Below are positions 29,372 to 39,378 of a stretch of DNA of 64,000 nt, piece by piece (positions within the stretch are counted from its first letter, which is position 1; each line of letters opens with the position of its first letter). The stretch lies in NCBI GenBank assembly GCA_963810935.1, contig CAWEPK010000008.1:192001-256000 (forward strand). Reading direction: 5' to 3'. This DNA is from an uncultured delta proteobacterium (GTDB lineage: Bacteria > Desulfobacterota > Syntrophorhabdia > Syntrophorhabdales > WCHB1-27). The translations under genes and the position numbers were made by a program. The notes beneath the pieces are model-generated. The model saw nothing but the letters and a program-made list of their open reading frames with translations. It made no database searches and was not told the DNA's origin.

Positions 29372-30223
29372 GTGGGCCTCGTAATCTTCACGGACCTCGA
29401 CGGGACGCTGCTCGATGCCGCCTATTCGTTCCTGCCCGCTGCACCGGCCCTTGAGGCTGTGCGGCGCACGTTTGTCCCCATGGTCATCTGCTCAAGCAAG
29501 ACGAGGCGCGAGATAGAGAGCTACAGAATAAGGCTCGGCAACCACGATCCCTTCATTGCCGAAAACGGGGGTGCGGTTTACGTGCCGGAAGGCTATTTCA
29601 CGGCCGCCGCCTTCGCAGGTTTGCGGACAATCGCGCCGCAGGCGGCGGATCCCGTAGAAACAGTTGGCGGCTATGAAATAATACGGCTGGGCGCGCCGTA
29701 CGCCAGGCTGCGCTCGGCGCTGGCCGCGTTTCGGGAAGACGGATTGCGCGTGACGGGTTACGGGGACATGTCCGCGATTGAGATAGCCGCTGCGACCGGA
29801 CTTCCACCCGAAGAGGCGGTAATGGCAAAAGAGCGGGAATTTGACGAGCCGTTCTACCTGGAAGGCAACGGAAGGGCGCAGGCAAGGGTTACGGAAGCCG
29901 CCCGGCGCACCGGCTTGCACGTATCCGGCCGGGGGCCCTTTCACTTGACGGGGGGAAACGACAAGGGAAAGGCGGTCTCCCTGCTCTGCGCCCTTTTCAA
30001 AAAGACGACGGATCGAACAACCTTTGCCGCCCTGGGGGACGGCCCCACAGACCTGCCGATGCTCCGGGTGGTGGACAGGCCGGTAATCGTCCGGAGGCCT
30101 GACGGGACTTACGACCCGGATCTCGAAAACAGGGGTTTCGCAAAGGCGGACGGCGTAGGCCCCGAGGGATGGAACAAGGCCGTCCTGGAGCTTCTCGCGC
30201 AGCAAGAGCGTACCGAAACATGA
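29372..30223 (+). CDS. HAD-IIB mannosyl/glucosyl-3-phosphoglycerate phosphatase
   Basis: IFTDLDGTLLD, CSSKTRREI, FIAENGG, REFDEPF, DKGKAV, ALGDGPTDLPML, GPEGWN. Confidence 0.85.
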   Translation: MGLVIFTDLDGTLLDAAYSFLPAAPALEAVRRTFVPMVICSSKTRREIESYRIRLGNHDPFIAENGGAVYVPEGYFTAAAFAGLRTIAPQAADPVETVGGYEIIRLGAPYARLRSALAAFREDGLRVTGYGDMSAIEIAAATGLPPEEAVMAKEREFDEPFYLEGNGRAQARVTEAARRTGLHVSGRGPFHLTGGNDKGKAVSLLCALFKKTTDRTTFAALGDGPTDLPMLRVVDRPVIVRRPDGTYDPDLENRGFAKADGVGPEGWNKAVLELLAQQERTET

Positions 30224-30254
30224 TTACTACTCTGCCGCCGCCGGCTCCGCCTGC

Positions 30255-30635
30255 CTACTTCTCGGCTGCGAAGGGGAGAACGCCCCTGTTCTCCGCTTCC
30301 CTGGTCTTGTTCATGTACGAATGGCCTTCGAACAGGCCGCCCTCAGAGACGGCCAGCCGCGGCGAATATATATCGCCGGAGAAAGCGCCCGTTGTCTTGA
30401 TGTCCACCAGCTCACCCGCGTGGGCTGTCCCCTCGACCTTACCTCCCACGATCATGCCCCTGCACGCGACGGCGCCCATGATGACTCCCGATTCGCCTAC
30501 GATAACCCAGTCCGCCCTTACGCGCCCTTCGAACGTCCCGTCTATCCGTACGGTCCCCTTCGACGTAACCTCGCCCCTGACAAAACTGCCCGCCCCGATC
30601 ATGGTATCAATTGCCGGCTGACGACTTGCAAACAT
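30255..30635 (-). CDS. Bactofilin (polymer-forming cytoskeletal protein)
   Basis: TMIGAGSFVRGEV..GTVRIDGTFEG..LAVSEGGLFEG beta-helix repeats. Confidence 0.88.
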   Translation of the reverse strand: MFASRQPAIDTMIGAGSFVRGEVTSKGTVRIDGTFEGRVRADWVIVGESGVIMGAVACRGMIVGGKVEGTAHAGELVDIKTTGAFSGDIYSPRLAVSEGGLFEGHSYMNKTREAENRGVLPFAAEK

Positions 30636-30638
30636 CGA

Positions 30639-31481
30639 TCACCTCCTGGTCATGAGTGACAACGGATCGATCTGGCTGCCGTCCTTCCAAACTTCGTAAT
30701 GAACGTGCGGTCCCGTGCTGCGGCCCGTAGAACCTGACGATACTATGACGTCCCCGCGCTTTACGCGCTGTCCCACCTTAACCAGATTCGCGCAACCGTG
30801 CGCGTAAGCGGTACTGTAGCCCATACCGTGCTCAACGACGACGATGTTGCCGCTACCCTTCAACTGACCCGAAAAACTGACCACCCCGTCCGCGGTCACG
30901 TGTACCGGAGTACCGGTTACAGCCTTTATGTCCATACCGTGGTGGAAGGCCGATATGCGCCGGCCGCCGTCATTCGATGACCGGGGCCCGAAAAACGAGG
31001 TGATGGGGCCCATGACCGGCAGACCCGCCGGCGTCGCATAAAAAGCATCGCGCTTAATCCTGACATAATCCTTCAAGTCCGATATCGAATCTATCGCCCG
31101 GCGCACCTCTTTTGTAAGCTCGTTCATATCGATCATGTCGCCGGTGGCCTCGGGCCCGGCTGCCGCTTTGGAGGCAGTAGGCCGCAGCGCCAGGAGCCCG
31201 CGCATTTCGTCCTCGCTGTTTTTCAGGGCATCGAGGGAGGATTGCATCTGGCGGAACTGCACCCGCAGCTTGAGGCGGGCTGTGTAGTACGATTGCGCCT
31301 GGGCAGCCAGTTGGACCAGACAGCCGAAGCCGACAACCGCCAGGACAAAGCAAGCATATACGGCCAGGGTCGGTACCCTGACTTTTCTGGGTTTCCCCTT
31401 CGTATGGGGCACGAGCAGTATGGTAACGGGAATTAGGCAGACCCGGATGTGGGGGATTAGCCATCTCCACAGACGCCGCAT
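30639..31481 (-). CDS. M23 family metallopeptidase
   Basis: HHGMD (HxxxD), YAH, GRSTGPHVHYEV (HxH); N-terminal TM and coiled coil. Confidence 0.9.
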   Translation of the reverse strand: MRRLWRWLIPHIRVCLIPVTILLVPHTKGKPRKVRVPTLAVYACFVLAVVGFGCLVQLAAQAQSYYTARLKLRVQFRQMQSSLDALKNSEDEMRGLLALRPTASKAAAGPEATGDMIDMNELTKEVRRAIDSISDLKDYVRIKRDAFYATPAGLPVMGPITSFFGPRSSNDGGRRISAFHHGMDIKAVTGTPVHVTADGVVSFSGQLKGSGNIVVVEHGMGYSTAYAHGCANLVKVGQRVKRGDVIVSSGSTGRSTGPHVHYEVWKDGSQIDPLSLMTRR

Positions 31482-31686
31482 CAAAAAACCGACCTTTTTC
31501 CCGGGTAGTCAAAAGAAAGCGATACGCTTCACTTATATTTATATCATAGCCGGGCGGTGATGTCTACTTAATTGCCTACAACGGCGGATTTGCCTTGCTT
31601 TCCCGCAACCACGGCTTAAACTTATTTATAGGCGCTCGTATCGATCAGGCCCTCACTGATTTAATTGAAAAAAGGCGGGTAATTCC

Positions 31687-33312
31687 TTGGAAAACGGCGG
31701 TTGTCTGGGGAGGCTCGAGACTCGTAAAGCATACCCCGGCACCGCCTTGGCCATACTGCCCATTCTTCTCCTGCTGGCGGGTGCCTGCGCCAAGGTGGGA
31801 CCCGACTACGTCCGCCCCCCGGTGCCTTTGGCCCAAGCCTGGAATGAGGCGGACGGGGAGCGGGTGGCGGTAGGCCCGGCCGATTACAGGGCATGGTGGC
31901 GGGTATTCAATGACCCCGTGCTCGACAGGCTTATCGAGACCGCCTACCGCCAGAACCTTCAGTTGCGCGTCGCAGGGGTCAGGATCTTAGAGGCAAGGGC
32001 GCAGCTCGGCATAGCGGTGGGCCAGCTCTATCCGCAACAACAGCAGGTGAACGCCGCCCTCCAGTATAATGGCCTGAGCAGCCATTCCACTTTCGGCACC
32101 TTTCTGAGCAACGCTATCGGCACCTACTGGCAGGACCAGATAGGGGTCGGCGGCAACTGGGAGATCGACTTCTGGGGCAAGTTCCGGCGGGGCGTCGAGT
32201 CGGCCGATGCGAGCCTTCTGGCAAGCGTGGCAGACTACGACAACGCCATCGTCTCCCTCACGGCCGACGTCGCAACGAATTACATAACGATACGGATGTT
32301 CGAAAAGCGCATCGAGATCGCGCTCAAGAACGTCGATACCCAGGTCCAGAACCTAAAGGTGGTCGAGGCGCGCCGGGAATTCGGCACTGCTACAGACAGG
32401 GAAGTCGCGCAGGCTACGACCCAGCTCAAAGAAACGCAGGCTACGGTCCCGTCGTTCCAGATCCAGCTCCAGCAGGCGAAACACGCCCTGAGTATCCTTT
32501 TGGGGGTTCCCCCCTCAAACCTGACGCAGGAGCTGTCCGGCTCGTCGGGCATACCGGTCCCCCCTGTGCAGGTCACCGTCGGCATCCCGGCAGACCTCAT
32601 AAGGAGGCGGCCCGACATACGCGGCGCCGAGTACCGCGCGATGGCGCAGTGCGCTCAAATAGGCGTCGCCCGCTCGTATCTCTATCCCGCCTTCGCCCTC
32701 TCCGGGGACTTCGGCTTCCTATCCACCAACATCGGCCGGTCGAGCCTCGGTGAGACATTCCAGTGGGGCAGCAGGAACTGGGTAGTCGGGCCGGGCATCA
32801 CCTGGAACGTGCTCAACTACGGCCAGCTTACCAACAATGTGCGCCTTCAGGACGCGCGCTTTCAGGAGTTGCTTACTACTTATCAGAACACGGTCCTTAC
32901 GGCCCAGCAGAACGTGGAGGACGCGATCGTGGCCTATTTAAGGTCGCAGGAAAGGGCGGAGCTGCTCGCGAGCAGCACGAGCGCGGCCCAGCGGTCGCTC
33001 GAGCTGGGCAGCCACCAGTATACATTTGGGACGACCGATTTCACGACGGTAATCGTCAGCTCGCAGTCGCTCTTGACCGAGCAGGATAATTTCGTAACGA
33101 CGCTCGGCGCCGTGGCGACCAACCTCGTCGCGATATACCGGGCCCTGGGAGGCGGCTGGGAGATAAGGGAAGGCAAGGACATTGTGCCTGCCGAGGTCAC
33201 GCAGGCGATGGCGAAGCGGACTAACTGGGGACACTTGCTCGAATTTGCGTCATATATGCCGCCGCCGGTACCCGAAAAAGAGCGCCTGCTCGTGAGGCCG
33301 CCCGACTGGTAA
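31687..33312 (+). CDS. RND outer-membrane factor lipoprotein (NodT/OprM family)
   Basis: LAGAC lipobox, VGPDYVRP, WEIDFWGKFRR, RRRPDI, YRALGGGW. Confidence 0.92.
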   Translation: MENGGCLGRLETRKAYPGTALAILPILLLLAGACAKVGPDYVRPPVPLAQAWNEADGERVAVGPADYRAWWRVFNDPVLDRLIETAYRQNLQLRVAGVRILEARAQLGIAVGQLYPQQQQVNAALQYNGLSSHSTFGTFLSNAIGTYWQDQIGVGGNWEIDFWGKFRRGVESADASLLASVADYDNAIVSLTADVATNYITIRMFEKRIEIALKNVDTQVQNLKVVEARREFGTATDREVAQATTQLKETQATVPSFQIQLQQAKHALSILLGVPPSNLTQELSGSSGIPVPPVQVTVGIPADLIRRRPDIRGAEYRAMAQCAQIGVARSYLYPAFALSGDFGFLSTNIGRSSLGETFQWGSRNWVVGPGITWNVLNYGQLTNNVRLQDARFQELLTTYQNTVLTAQQNVEDAIVAYLRSQERAELLASSTSAAQRSLELGSHQYTFGTTDFTTVIVSSQSLLTEQDNFVTTLGAVATNLVAIYRALGGGWEIREGKDIVPAEVTQAMAKRTNWGHLLEFASYMPPPVPEKERLLVRPPDW

Positions 33313-33365
33313 GGCAGGAGGCGATGCAGCACCCGTTGGCAGAACACAAGGGGACGGGAACATCC

Positions 33366-34545
33366 ATGAAAAACATGAGGCAGGCATACACCGGAGACAA
33401 TCGGACGCAGCGGGCGCGGGGCCGCCGGGCTATCGTCTGGGCCGCTGCCGTGCTTCTCTGCGCGGCCCTCCTGCCGTCATGCAAAGGAAAACCGCCGCCC
33501 CCTCCCCCGCCACCGGCCGTCACGGTCGTCCAGCCGGTCGAGCGCCTCATCACCGATTACATCGAAACGACAGGCAGCACCCAGGCCATCCTGACCGTCC
33601 AGCTCCGCGCACGCGTAGCCGGCTACCTCGAGAAGGTCCTCTTCCAGGACGGCCAGTTCGTGCACGTTGGGCAGCTCCTTTTCGTGATACAGCAAAACAC
33701 CTATCGGGACGCCCTGGCGCAGGCAGAGGCTTCCATATCGTTTCAGACCGCGCAGGCTCGAATACGCCACCGCCCAGTTCAACCGCTACTCGGAGCTTTT
33801 TCTTCGCAAGGCGGCAGCCCAGTCGGACGTAGATAACTGGCGGTTCCAGAGGGACTCCGCCAGGGCCAACCTGCTGAGCGCGCGGGCCGCCCGCGACCTG
33901 GCCGCCCTTAACCTGGAATATACGGAAGTGCGCTCACCCTTCGACGGCAGGGTGGACAGGAGGCTGGTCGATCCCGGAAACCTCGTAGGGTCGAGCGAGG
34001 TGACGGTGCTGACGACGGTCAACAAGATCGACCCCATATATACGTACTTTACGATCAGCGAATCCGACCTGGCCCGGCTCACCGGCGCACGCTGGAGGCC
34101 GGGAAAGGCACGGGCCGAAAAGTGGCCCGTCCTGATAGGCACCATGAGCGAGCGGGGCTACCCCTACAAGGGAGTGCTCGACTTCGCTTCCATCAGCATG
34201 ACGGCTACGTCAGGGACATTGCAGATGCGCGGCATCTTCCCCAACCCGGAAGGACTTCTGGCCGCAGGCGCCTACGCCAGGGTCCGCGTCCCACTGTCGC
34301 AGAAAAAGGCGCTCCTTGTGCCGCAGGAAGCCGTCGGCTCCGACCAGCGGGGCTTCTTCCTGCTCGTCGTCGATGCGGACAATACCGTGGAGCGCAGGTA
34401 CGTCACGGTAGGTACGGAAGTTGACGGCATGAGGGCCATAGCGAAGGGCCTAGCCATCCAGGAGTGGGTCGTCACCAGCGGCCTTCAGAAGGCGATCCCC
34501 GGCCGTAAAGTGACGCCGCAAAAGGCGGGCGGGCGCCAGCCGTGA
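33366..34545 (+). pseudogene. RND periplasmic adaptor (MFP), split by a +1 frameshift at ~33755
   Basis: LPSC lipobox and VQLRARVAGYL in the first frame; LEYATAQFNRY..LNLEYTEVRSPFDGRV in the next frame. Confidence 0.82.
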
Positions 34546-37500
34546 TCTCCACATTTTTCATCGACCGCCCCATTCTGGCGAACGTCCTCGCCGTCATTAC
34601 CATCATCATCGGCGTCATAAGCTATATCCGGCTTCCCGTGGAGCAGTATCCGCCCATCACCCCGCCTACCATACAGGTGACGACGAGGTATCCCGGAGCG
34701 AGCGCCTCCGTCGTCGCGGAGACGATAGGTGTGCCCCTGGAGCAGGCAGTCAACGGCGTGGAGCGCTCCATTTACATGCTCTCCACCAGCGGAAGCGACG
34801 GCTCCTACACGCTGACAGTAACGTTCGACATCGGGACCGACCTCGACAAGTCGCTCACCCTCGTGCAGAACGCGGTAAGCACCGCCCTGGCACAGCTCCC
34901 CGGCAGCGTTACCTTACAGGGCGTCAGCGTTAAGAAGGTCTCGACGAATATTCTTTTGGTCGTGAGCCTCTATTCAGAAGACAACCACTACGATGAAGCC
35001 TTTCTGTCCAATTACGGCCAGATCAACATGCAGTACCCCCTTGCGAGGCTGCCCGGCATTGGCCTGGTGAGGGTCTTCGGCGCGGGCCAGTACAGTATGC
35101 GCGTCTGGCTCGACCCCAACAGGCTCAGGCAGTTCAACCTGACAGCCGCCGACGTCCTCAATGCCGTAGGCGACCAGAACGTACAGCTTACCGCAGGGCA
35201 GATCGGCGCGCCGCCGACGGCCAACGAGCAGGCGTTTCAGCTTACGATCAACAGCCTCGGCAGGCTTTCGGACGCGAGACAGTTCGAAGACATCATAGTG
35301 AAGAGCGACACCAGCGGCCCCAGCGCCCAGATCGTCCGCATCCGGGACCTCGGTCACGTGGAGCTGGGCCAGCAAACGTACGCCGTCTACAGCAGCGCCC
35401 GAGGCAAGAAGTCCGCGGAGATCGTTGTCTTCGCGCTGCCGGAGGCGAACGCCATAGCCGTGGCGGACAGCGTCTACAAGATGGTGGACTCGATGAGCAA
35501 GGACTTCCCGGAGGGGCTGAAATACGGCATACACTTCGATACGACGAAATTCGTCCGGGAGTCCGTGTCGAAGGTGTACGAGACGCTCATCGAGGCAGGC
35601 ATACTGGTCCTCCTCGTCATCATGGTCTTCCTGCAGAATTTCAGGGCCCTCCTCGTCCCCGCGACTACGGTGCCCGTCACGATCGTAGGCGCTTTCGGGG
35701 CGATGATAGCCCTCGGCTTCACGATCAACCTGATGACGCTTTTCGCGCTGGTGCTGGCCATCGGGATCGTTGTTGACGACGCCATCGTGATCGTCGAGAA
35801 CAGCTCGTACTACATCGAGAAGGGGCTTTCGCCCCGGGACGCGGCGGTCAAGGCCATGAGCGAGCTTACGGGCCCCATCATGGGCATCACCATGGCCCTT
35901 GTCTCGGTATTCCTGCCGGCAGCCTTCCTGCCCGGCATCACCGGCCAGATTTTCAAGCAGTTCGCGCTGGTCATCGCGGCCACCTCGGTCATCAGCGCCA
36001 TCAACGCGCTGACGCTGAAGCCCGCCCAGTGCGCACTCTGGCTGCGCCAAAGGAAGCAGAAGCCGCCGAACTGGTTCAATAGGGGTTTCACGAGGATGTA
36101 CGAGGGGATGAGGCGCCCCTATATGGGCATGGTGAGGCGGATGGTCGGCCGGCCGGTCCTCTCCGTCGTAATCTTCGGCCTTGTCATCGCAGTCGCCTTC
36201 TTCGCCTTCACCCGGCGCCCGACAGGTTTTCTCCCCACCGAAGACCAGGGCTACGCCATCCTCCTGGCCCGCTTGCCGGACGCCGCCTCGCAGCCGAGGC
36301 TGCAGCGCGTCTCCGCTCAGATAGAGGCCATACTGCACAAGACGCCCGGCGTCGCGAGCTGGGTCGATATAGGCGGCTACTCCGTCCTGGACAGCGCTAA
36401 TGTCTCCACCGACATCACCGTCTTCGTCGTTTACGAGGATTGGAGCAAACGAGGTCGCCGCCTGAACCAGGATGCTATTATTTCCGGTCTCAACCGCGAC
36501 CTGGCGGGGATAAAGGACGCAGTCGCCTTCGTCGTAGTGCCGCCGCCGATCAGGGGGCTCGGACAATCAGGGGGCTTCCAGATCATGGTCGAAGACAGGG
36601 GGAACGCGGGACTTGAGGCCTTACAGGACGCCACCGCCTCCTTTGTCGGGGCAGGCAACAAGACAGCGGGGCTTCAGGGTCTTACGACTACCTTCGACGC
36701 CCACAGCCCGCAGATATACCTCGATATAGACAGGACCAAGGCACAGGCGTTCAACGTCCCTCTGGGGAACGTCTTCCAGACCCTGACCGGTTACGTCGGC
36801 TCCTCGTTCGTCAACCTCTTCAACAAATTCAACCAGATATACCAGGTATACATACAGGCGAACGACCCGTACCGTAAAACGGTCGATGATATAGGCAACC
36901 TTTACACGAGGAACGCGCAGGGGCAGATGGTGCCGCTGGGCAGCATCCTCCAGGCGCGGCGCACGATGGGGTCGGAGCTGATAACCCGCTACAACCTGTA
37001 CCCTGCCGCCTCCGTTTTCGGCTCTGCCGCTACCGGCTTCAGCTCGGGCCAGGCGATCACGAGCATGGAGCAGATCGCGGGACATGCCCTGCCCTCCGGC
37101 TTTTCTTATGAATGGACGGCCACTTCCTATCAGGAGAAAAAGGTCGGCTACGAGCCCTATTTCATTTACGCCCTCTCCGTCGTGCTCGTTTTTATGGTGC
37201 TGGCCGCGCTTTACGAAAGCTGGACCTCCCCTGCGGCCGTGCTCCTTGCCGTCCCCATGGCGCTCGTCGGCGTCCTTCTCGGCCTCATCGTCAGAGGCTA
37301 CGACAACAACATCTACACGCAGATCGGCCTGGTCCTGATGATCGCCCTTGCGAGCAAAAATGCCATCCTTGTCGTAGAGTTCGCCCGCGACCTCCGGAAG
37401 GAAGGCTTGTCCGTCAAGGAGGCCGCCATAGAAGCGACGGACCGCCGCTTCCGCCCCATCGTCATGACCTCTTTCGCCTTCATCCTTGGCGTCGCCCCAC

Positions 37501-37697
37501 TCCTTTTCGCCTTCGGCGCGGGCGCAGTGAGCCAGAGGGCCATCGGCACCGTCGTCTTCGGCGGTATGTGCGCCTCCACCCTCCTAGCCATCCCCTTCGT
37601 CCCCGTCTTCTTCGTCCTCATGCAGGGTTTGAGTGAACGGAAACAGAAAAATAAGCAACCACCGAGTCCCTCACCGAATCAAGACAGACCCTTATAA
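34542..37697 (+). CDS. RND efflux permease (AcrB/HAE1 family)
   Basis: FFIDRPI, LPVEQYP, AIGIVVDDAIV, KNAILVVEFA, RFRPIVMTS. Confidence 0.95.
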   Translation: MISTFFIDRPILANVLAVITIIIGVISYIRLPVEQYPPITPPTIQVTTRYPGASASVVAETIGVPLEQAVNGVERSIYMLSTSGSDGSYTLTVTFDIGTDLDKSLTLVQNAVSTALAQLPGSVTLQGVSVKKVSTNILLVVSLYSEDNHYDEAFLSNYGQINMQYPLARLPGIGLVRVFGAGQYSMRVWLDPNRLRQFNLTAADVLNAVGDQNVQLTAGQIGAPPTANEQAFQLTINSLGRLSDARQFEDIIVKSDTSGPSAQIVRIRDLGHVELGQQTYAVYSSARGKKSAEIVVFALPEANAIAVADSVYKMVDSMSKDFPEGLKYGIHFDTTKFVRESVSKVYETLIEAGILVLLVIMVFLQNFRALLVPATTVPVTIVGAFGAMIALGFTINLMTLFALVLAIGIVVDDAIVIVENSSYYIEKGLSPRDAAVKAMSELTGPIMGITMALVSVFLPAAFLPGITGQIFKQFALVIAATSVISAINALTLKPAQCALWLRQRKQKPPNWFNRGFTRMYEGMRRPYMGMVRRMVGRPVLSVVIFGLVIAVAFFAFTRRPTGFLPTEDQGYAILLARLPDAASQPRLQRVSAQIEAILHKTPGVASWVDIGGYSVLDSANVSTDITVFVVYEDWSKRGRRLNQDAIISGLNRDLAGIKDAVAFVVVPPPIRGLGQSGGFQIMVEDRGNAGLEALQDATASFVGAGNKTAGLQGLTTTFDAHSPQIYLDIDRTKAQAFNVPLGNVFQTLTGYVGSSFVNLFNKFNQIYQVYIQANDPYRKTVDDIGNLYTRNAQGQMVPLGSILQARRTMGSELITRYNLYPAASVFGSAATGFSSGQAITSMEQIAGHALPSGFSYEWTATSYQEKKVGYEPYFIYALSVVLVFMVLAALYESWTSPAAVLLAVPMALVGVLLGLIVRGYDNNIYTQIGLVLMIALASKNAILVVEFARDLRKEGLSVKEAAIEATDRRFRPIVMTSFAFILGVAPLLFAFGAGAVSQRAIGTVVFGGMCASTLLAIPFVPVFFVLMQGLSERKQKNKQPPSPSPNQDRPL

Positions 37698-37776
37698 GTT
37701 ACTTTAACGATGTGCCACAGTTAATTGTATTTGTTAGTCTTTAGACAGGTCGATCTATAGCGGCAAGTATGGCGAT

Positions 37777-37867
37777 GCAAATTTGGTGAAGCGCGAGGTT
37801 CGAGGCGCGAAGGCGTACTTTTTTGTACGTCGAAGCGTCGCGGACCGAAGCGCTACGCCAAAGATGC
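37777..37867. repeat. Long imperfect palindrome between convergent genes
   Basis: Nested pairing TTTGG/CCAAA, AGCGC/GCGCT, GGTTCG/CGGACC, GGCGC/GCGTC, GGCGTAC-T6-GTACGTC. Confidence 0.6.
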
Positions 37868-37890
37868 GCGCCAGACGCCGCCACACCCAC

Positions 37891-39378
37891 CTATACCTTT
37901 GGTAGCTGCCCCGCGTCCCAACTGCCGCCCATCGCTTCGATCAACAACACCGCCGCCGTCATCCTCCGCCCCAGTATATTCATTGCGGTTATCCTGTTGC
38001 TCAACACCGTCGTCTGCGCCACGATCACGCTGACGTAGGCTACCGTCCCCTGCTTGTATTGGTTCGTGATGATCGCGAGCGACTGCTCGGCCGCCTTGAC
38101 CGCCTCGTCCTGCACGGCCGCCTCCTGCTCCAGTATCCGCAGGGCGGCAAGGTTATCCTCGACCTCCTGGAAGGCCGTGAGCACGGTCTGCCGGTACGTC
38201 GCGACCGTTGCGTCGTATGCGGCCCTCGCCTGCGCGGTCCGGGCCTTCCTCAGGCCGCCGTCATAAACGAGCTGCGAGACTGCGGGGCCGACGGACCAGA
38301 AACGCATGGGCCACGTGAGCCATTGCGACAGGTCCGTGCTCAGGAAGCCCCCGGACCCGCCGATGGTCAGCGCGGGATAGTAGGCTGCGACTGCGACGCC
38401 GATCTGCGCGTTCGCCGCAGCCATGTTCCTCTCGGCGGTCGCCACGTCCGGCCTTCTCTCAAGCAGTGCGGAAGGCACGCCGACGGGCACGGGGGGCGGC
38501 AGCGCGGAGATAGGCGAGAAGGGGATCGAGAAGTTGGCGGGCGGCCTGCCCGTCAGCAGCGCAATGGCGTGCTCCAACTGGGCGCGCTGGACGCCCACGT
38601 CTATCTCCTGGGCGATGGTCGTCTTGAGCTGGGTTTCCGCCTGGAGCACATCGGCCCTCGACGACACGCCGGAGTTGTACTTGTTCTCTGTGAGCTGCAG
38701 GGTCTTGCGATACGCCTCCACGGTCTCGTGGAGGATCGCCTTTTGCGCGTCCAGCGTGCGGAGCTGGAAATAGTCCTGGGCGACCTGCGCATGCGCGCTT
38801 AAGCGGACGTTCTCAAGGAGAGCGGCGCTCGCCTGGGCGCTTGCGCGGTTCGACTCGACATTGCGCCGCACGAGGCCCCAGACGTCGGGCACCCACGAGG
38901 CGGTAGCCGGAAGGGAATAGATGTTGACGTCGGCGGCGGTCGTGCTGGATGCGGCCGAGGCGCTCGCTGATGCCGTACCCGTCGAGCGGTAGAGCCGCGT
39001 GGCGGCGGGGCTAATACTCGCCGTGGGGAAATAGGAGGCCCGGGCTACCGCCACGAGAGCGACGGCCTGCCGGAAGTTCGCCGCGGCACTCGCGATGTTC
39101 TGGTTAGTGATATCCACCTGGTCTTGCAGAGCGGACAACTCAGAGTTAGTGAATATCTCCCACCACTTGCCGCGCAGCAGGTCTTCTCTCGGCTCCGCCT
39201 GCTTCCATCCATCCATCTCCTTGAACGTCTCCTGCATCGGCGCCGTCGGCCTTACGTAGTCCGGCCCCACAGTGCACGAAGCCAGACCGAAGAGCAAAAC
39301 GAGCACAAACGCCCCCGCCTGCCGCACCATTCGGGCGCGTGTCTCTCTTGTAGTCTTTATTCTCTTATCGCGTATCAT
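37891..39378 (-). CDS. RND outer-membrane factor lipoprotein
   Basis: LASC lipobox, VGPDYVRP, LLERRPDV, AMGGSW; GAGGTG RBS before ATG 39378. Confidence 0.9.
   Translation of the reverse strand: MIRDKRIKTTRETRARMVRQAGAFVLVLLFGLASCTVGPDYVRPTAPMQETFKEMDGWKQAEPREDLLRGKWWEIFTNSELSALQDQVDITNQNIASAAANFRQAVALVAVARASYFPTASISPAATRLYRSTGTASASASAASSTTAADVNIYSLPATASWVPDVWGLVRRNVESNRASAQASAALLENVRLSAHAQVAQDYFQLRTLDAQKAILHETVEAYRKTLQLTENKYNSGVSSRADVLQAETQLKTTIAQEIDVGVQRAQLEHAIALLTGRPPANFSIPFSPISALPPPVPVGVPSALLERRPDVATAERNMAAANAQIGVAVAAYYPALTIGGSGGFLSTDLSQWLTWPMRFWSVGPAVSQLVYDGGLRKARTAQARAAYDATVATYRQTVLTAFQEVEDNLAALRILEQEAAVQDEAVKAAEQSLAIITNQYKQGTVAYVSVIVAQTTVLSNRITAMNILGRRMTAAVLLIEAMGGSWDAGQLPKV

Noticed and set aside
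30255..31481. M23 peptidase-bactofilin pair as a novel system
   Set aside because: A well-known, widespread gene pairing.
34974..36566. Long antisense ORFs (this 530-aa one and similar ones opposite other genes)
   Set aside because: Expected shadows of GC-rich coding sequence, with no recognisable motifs.
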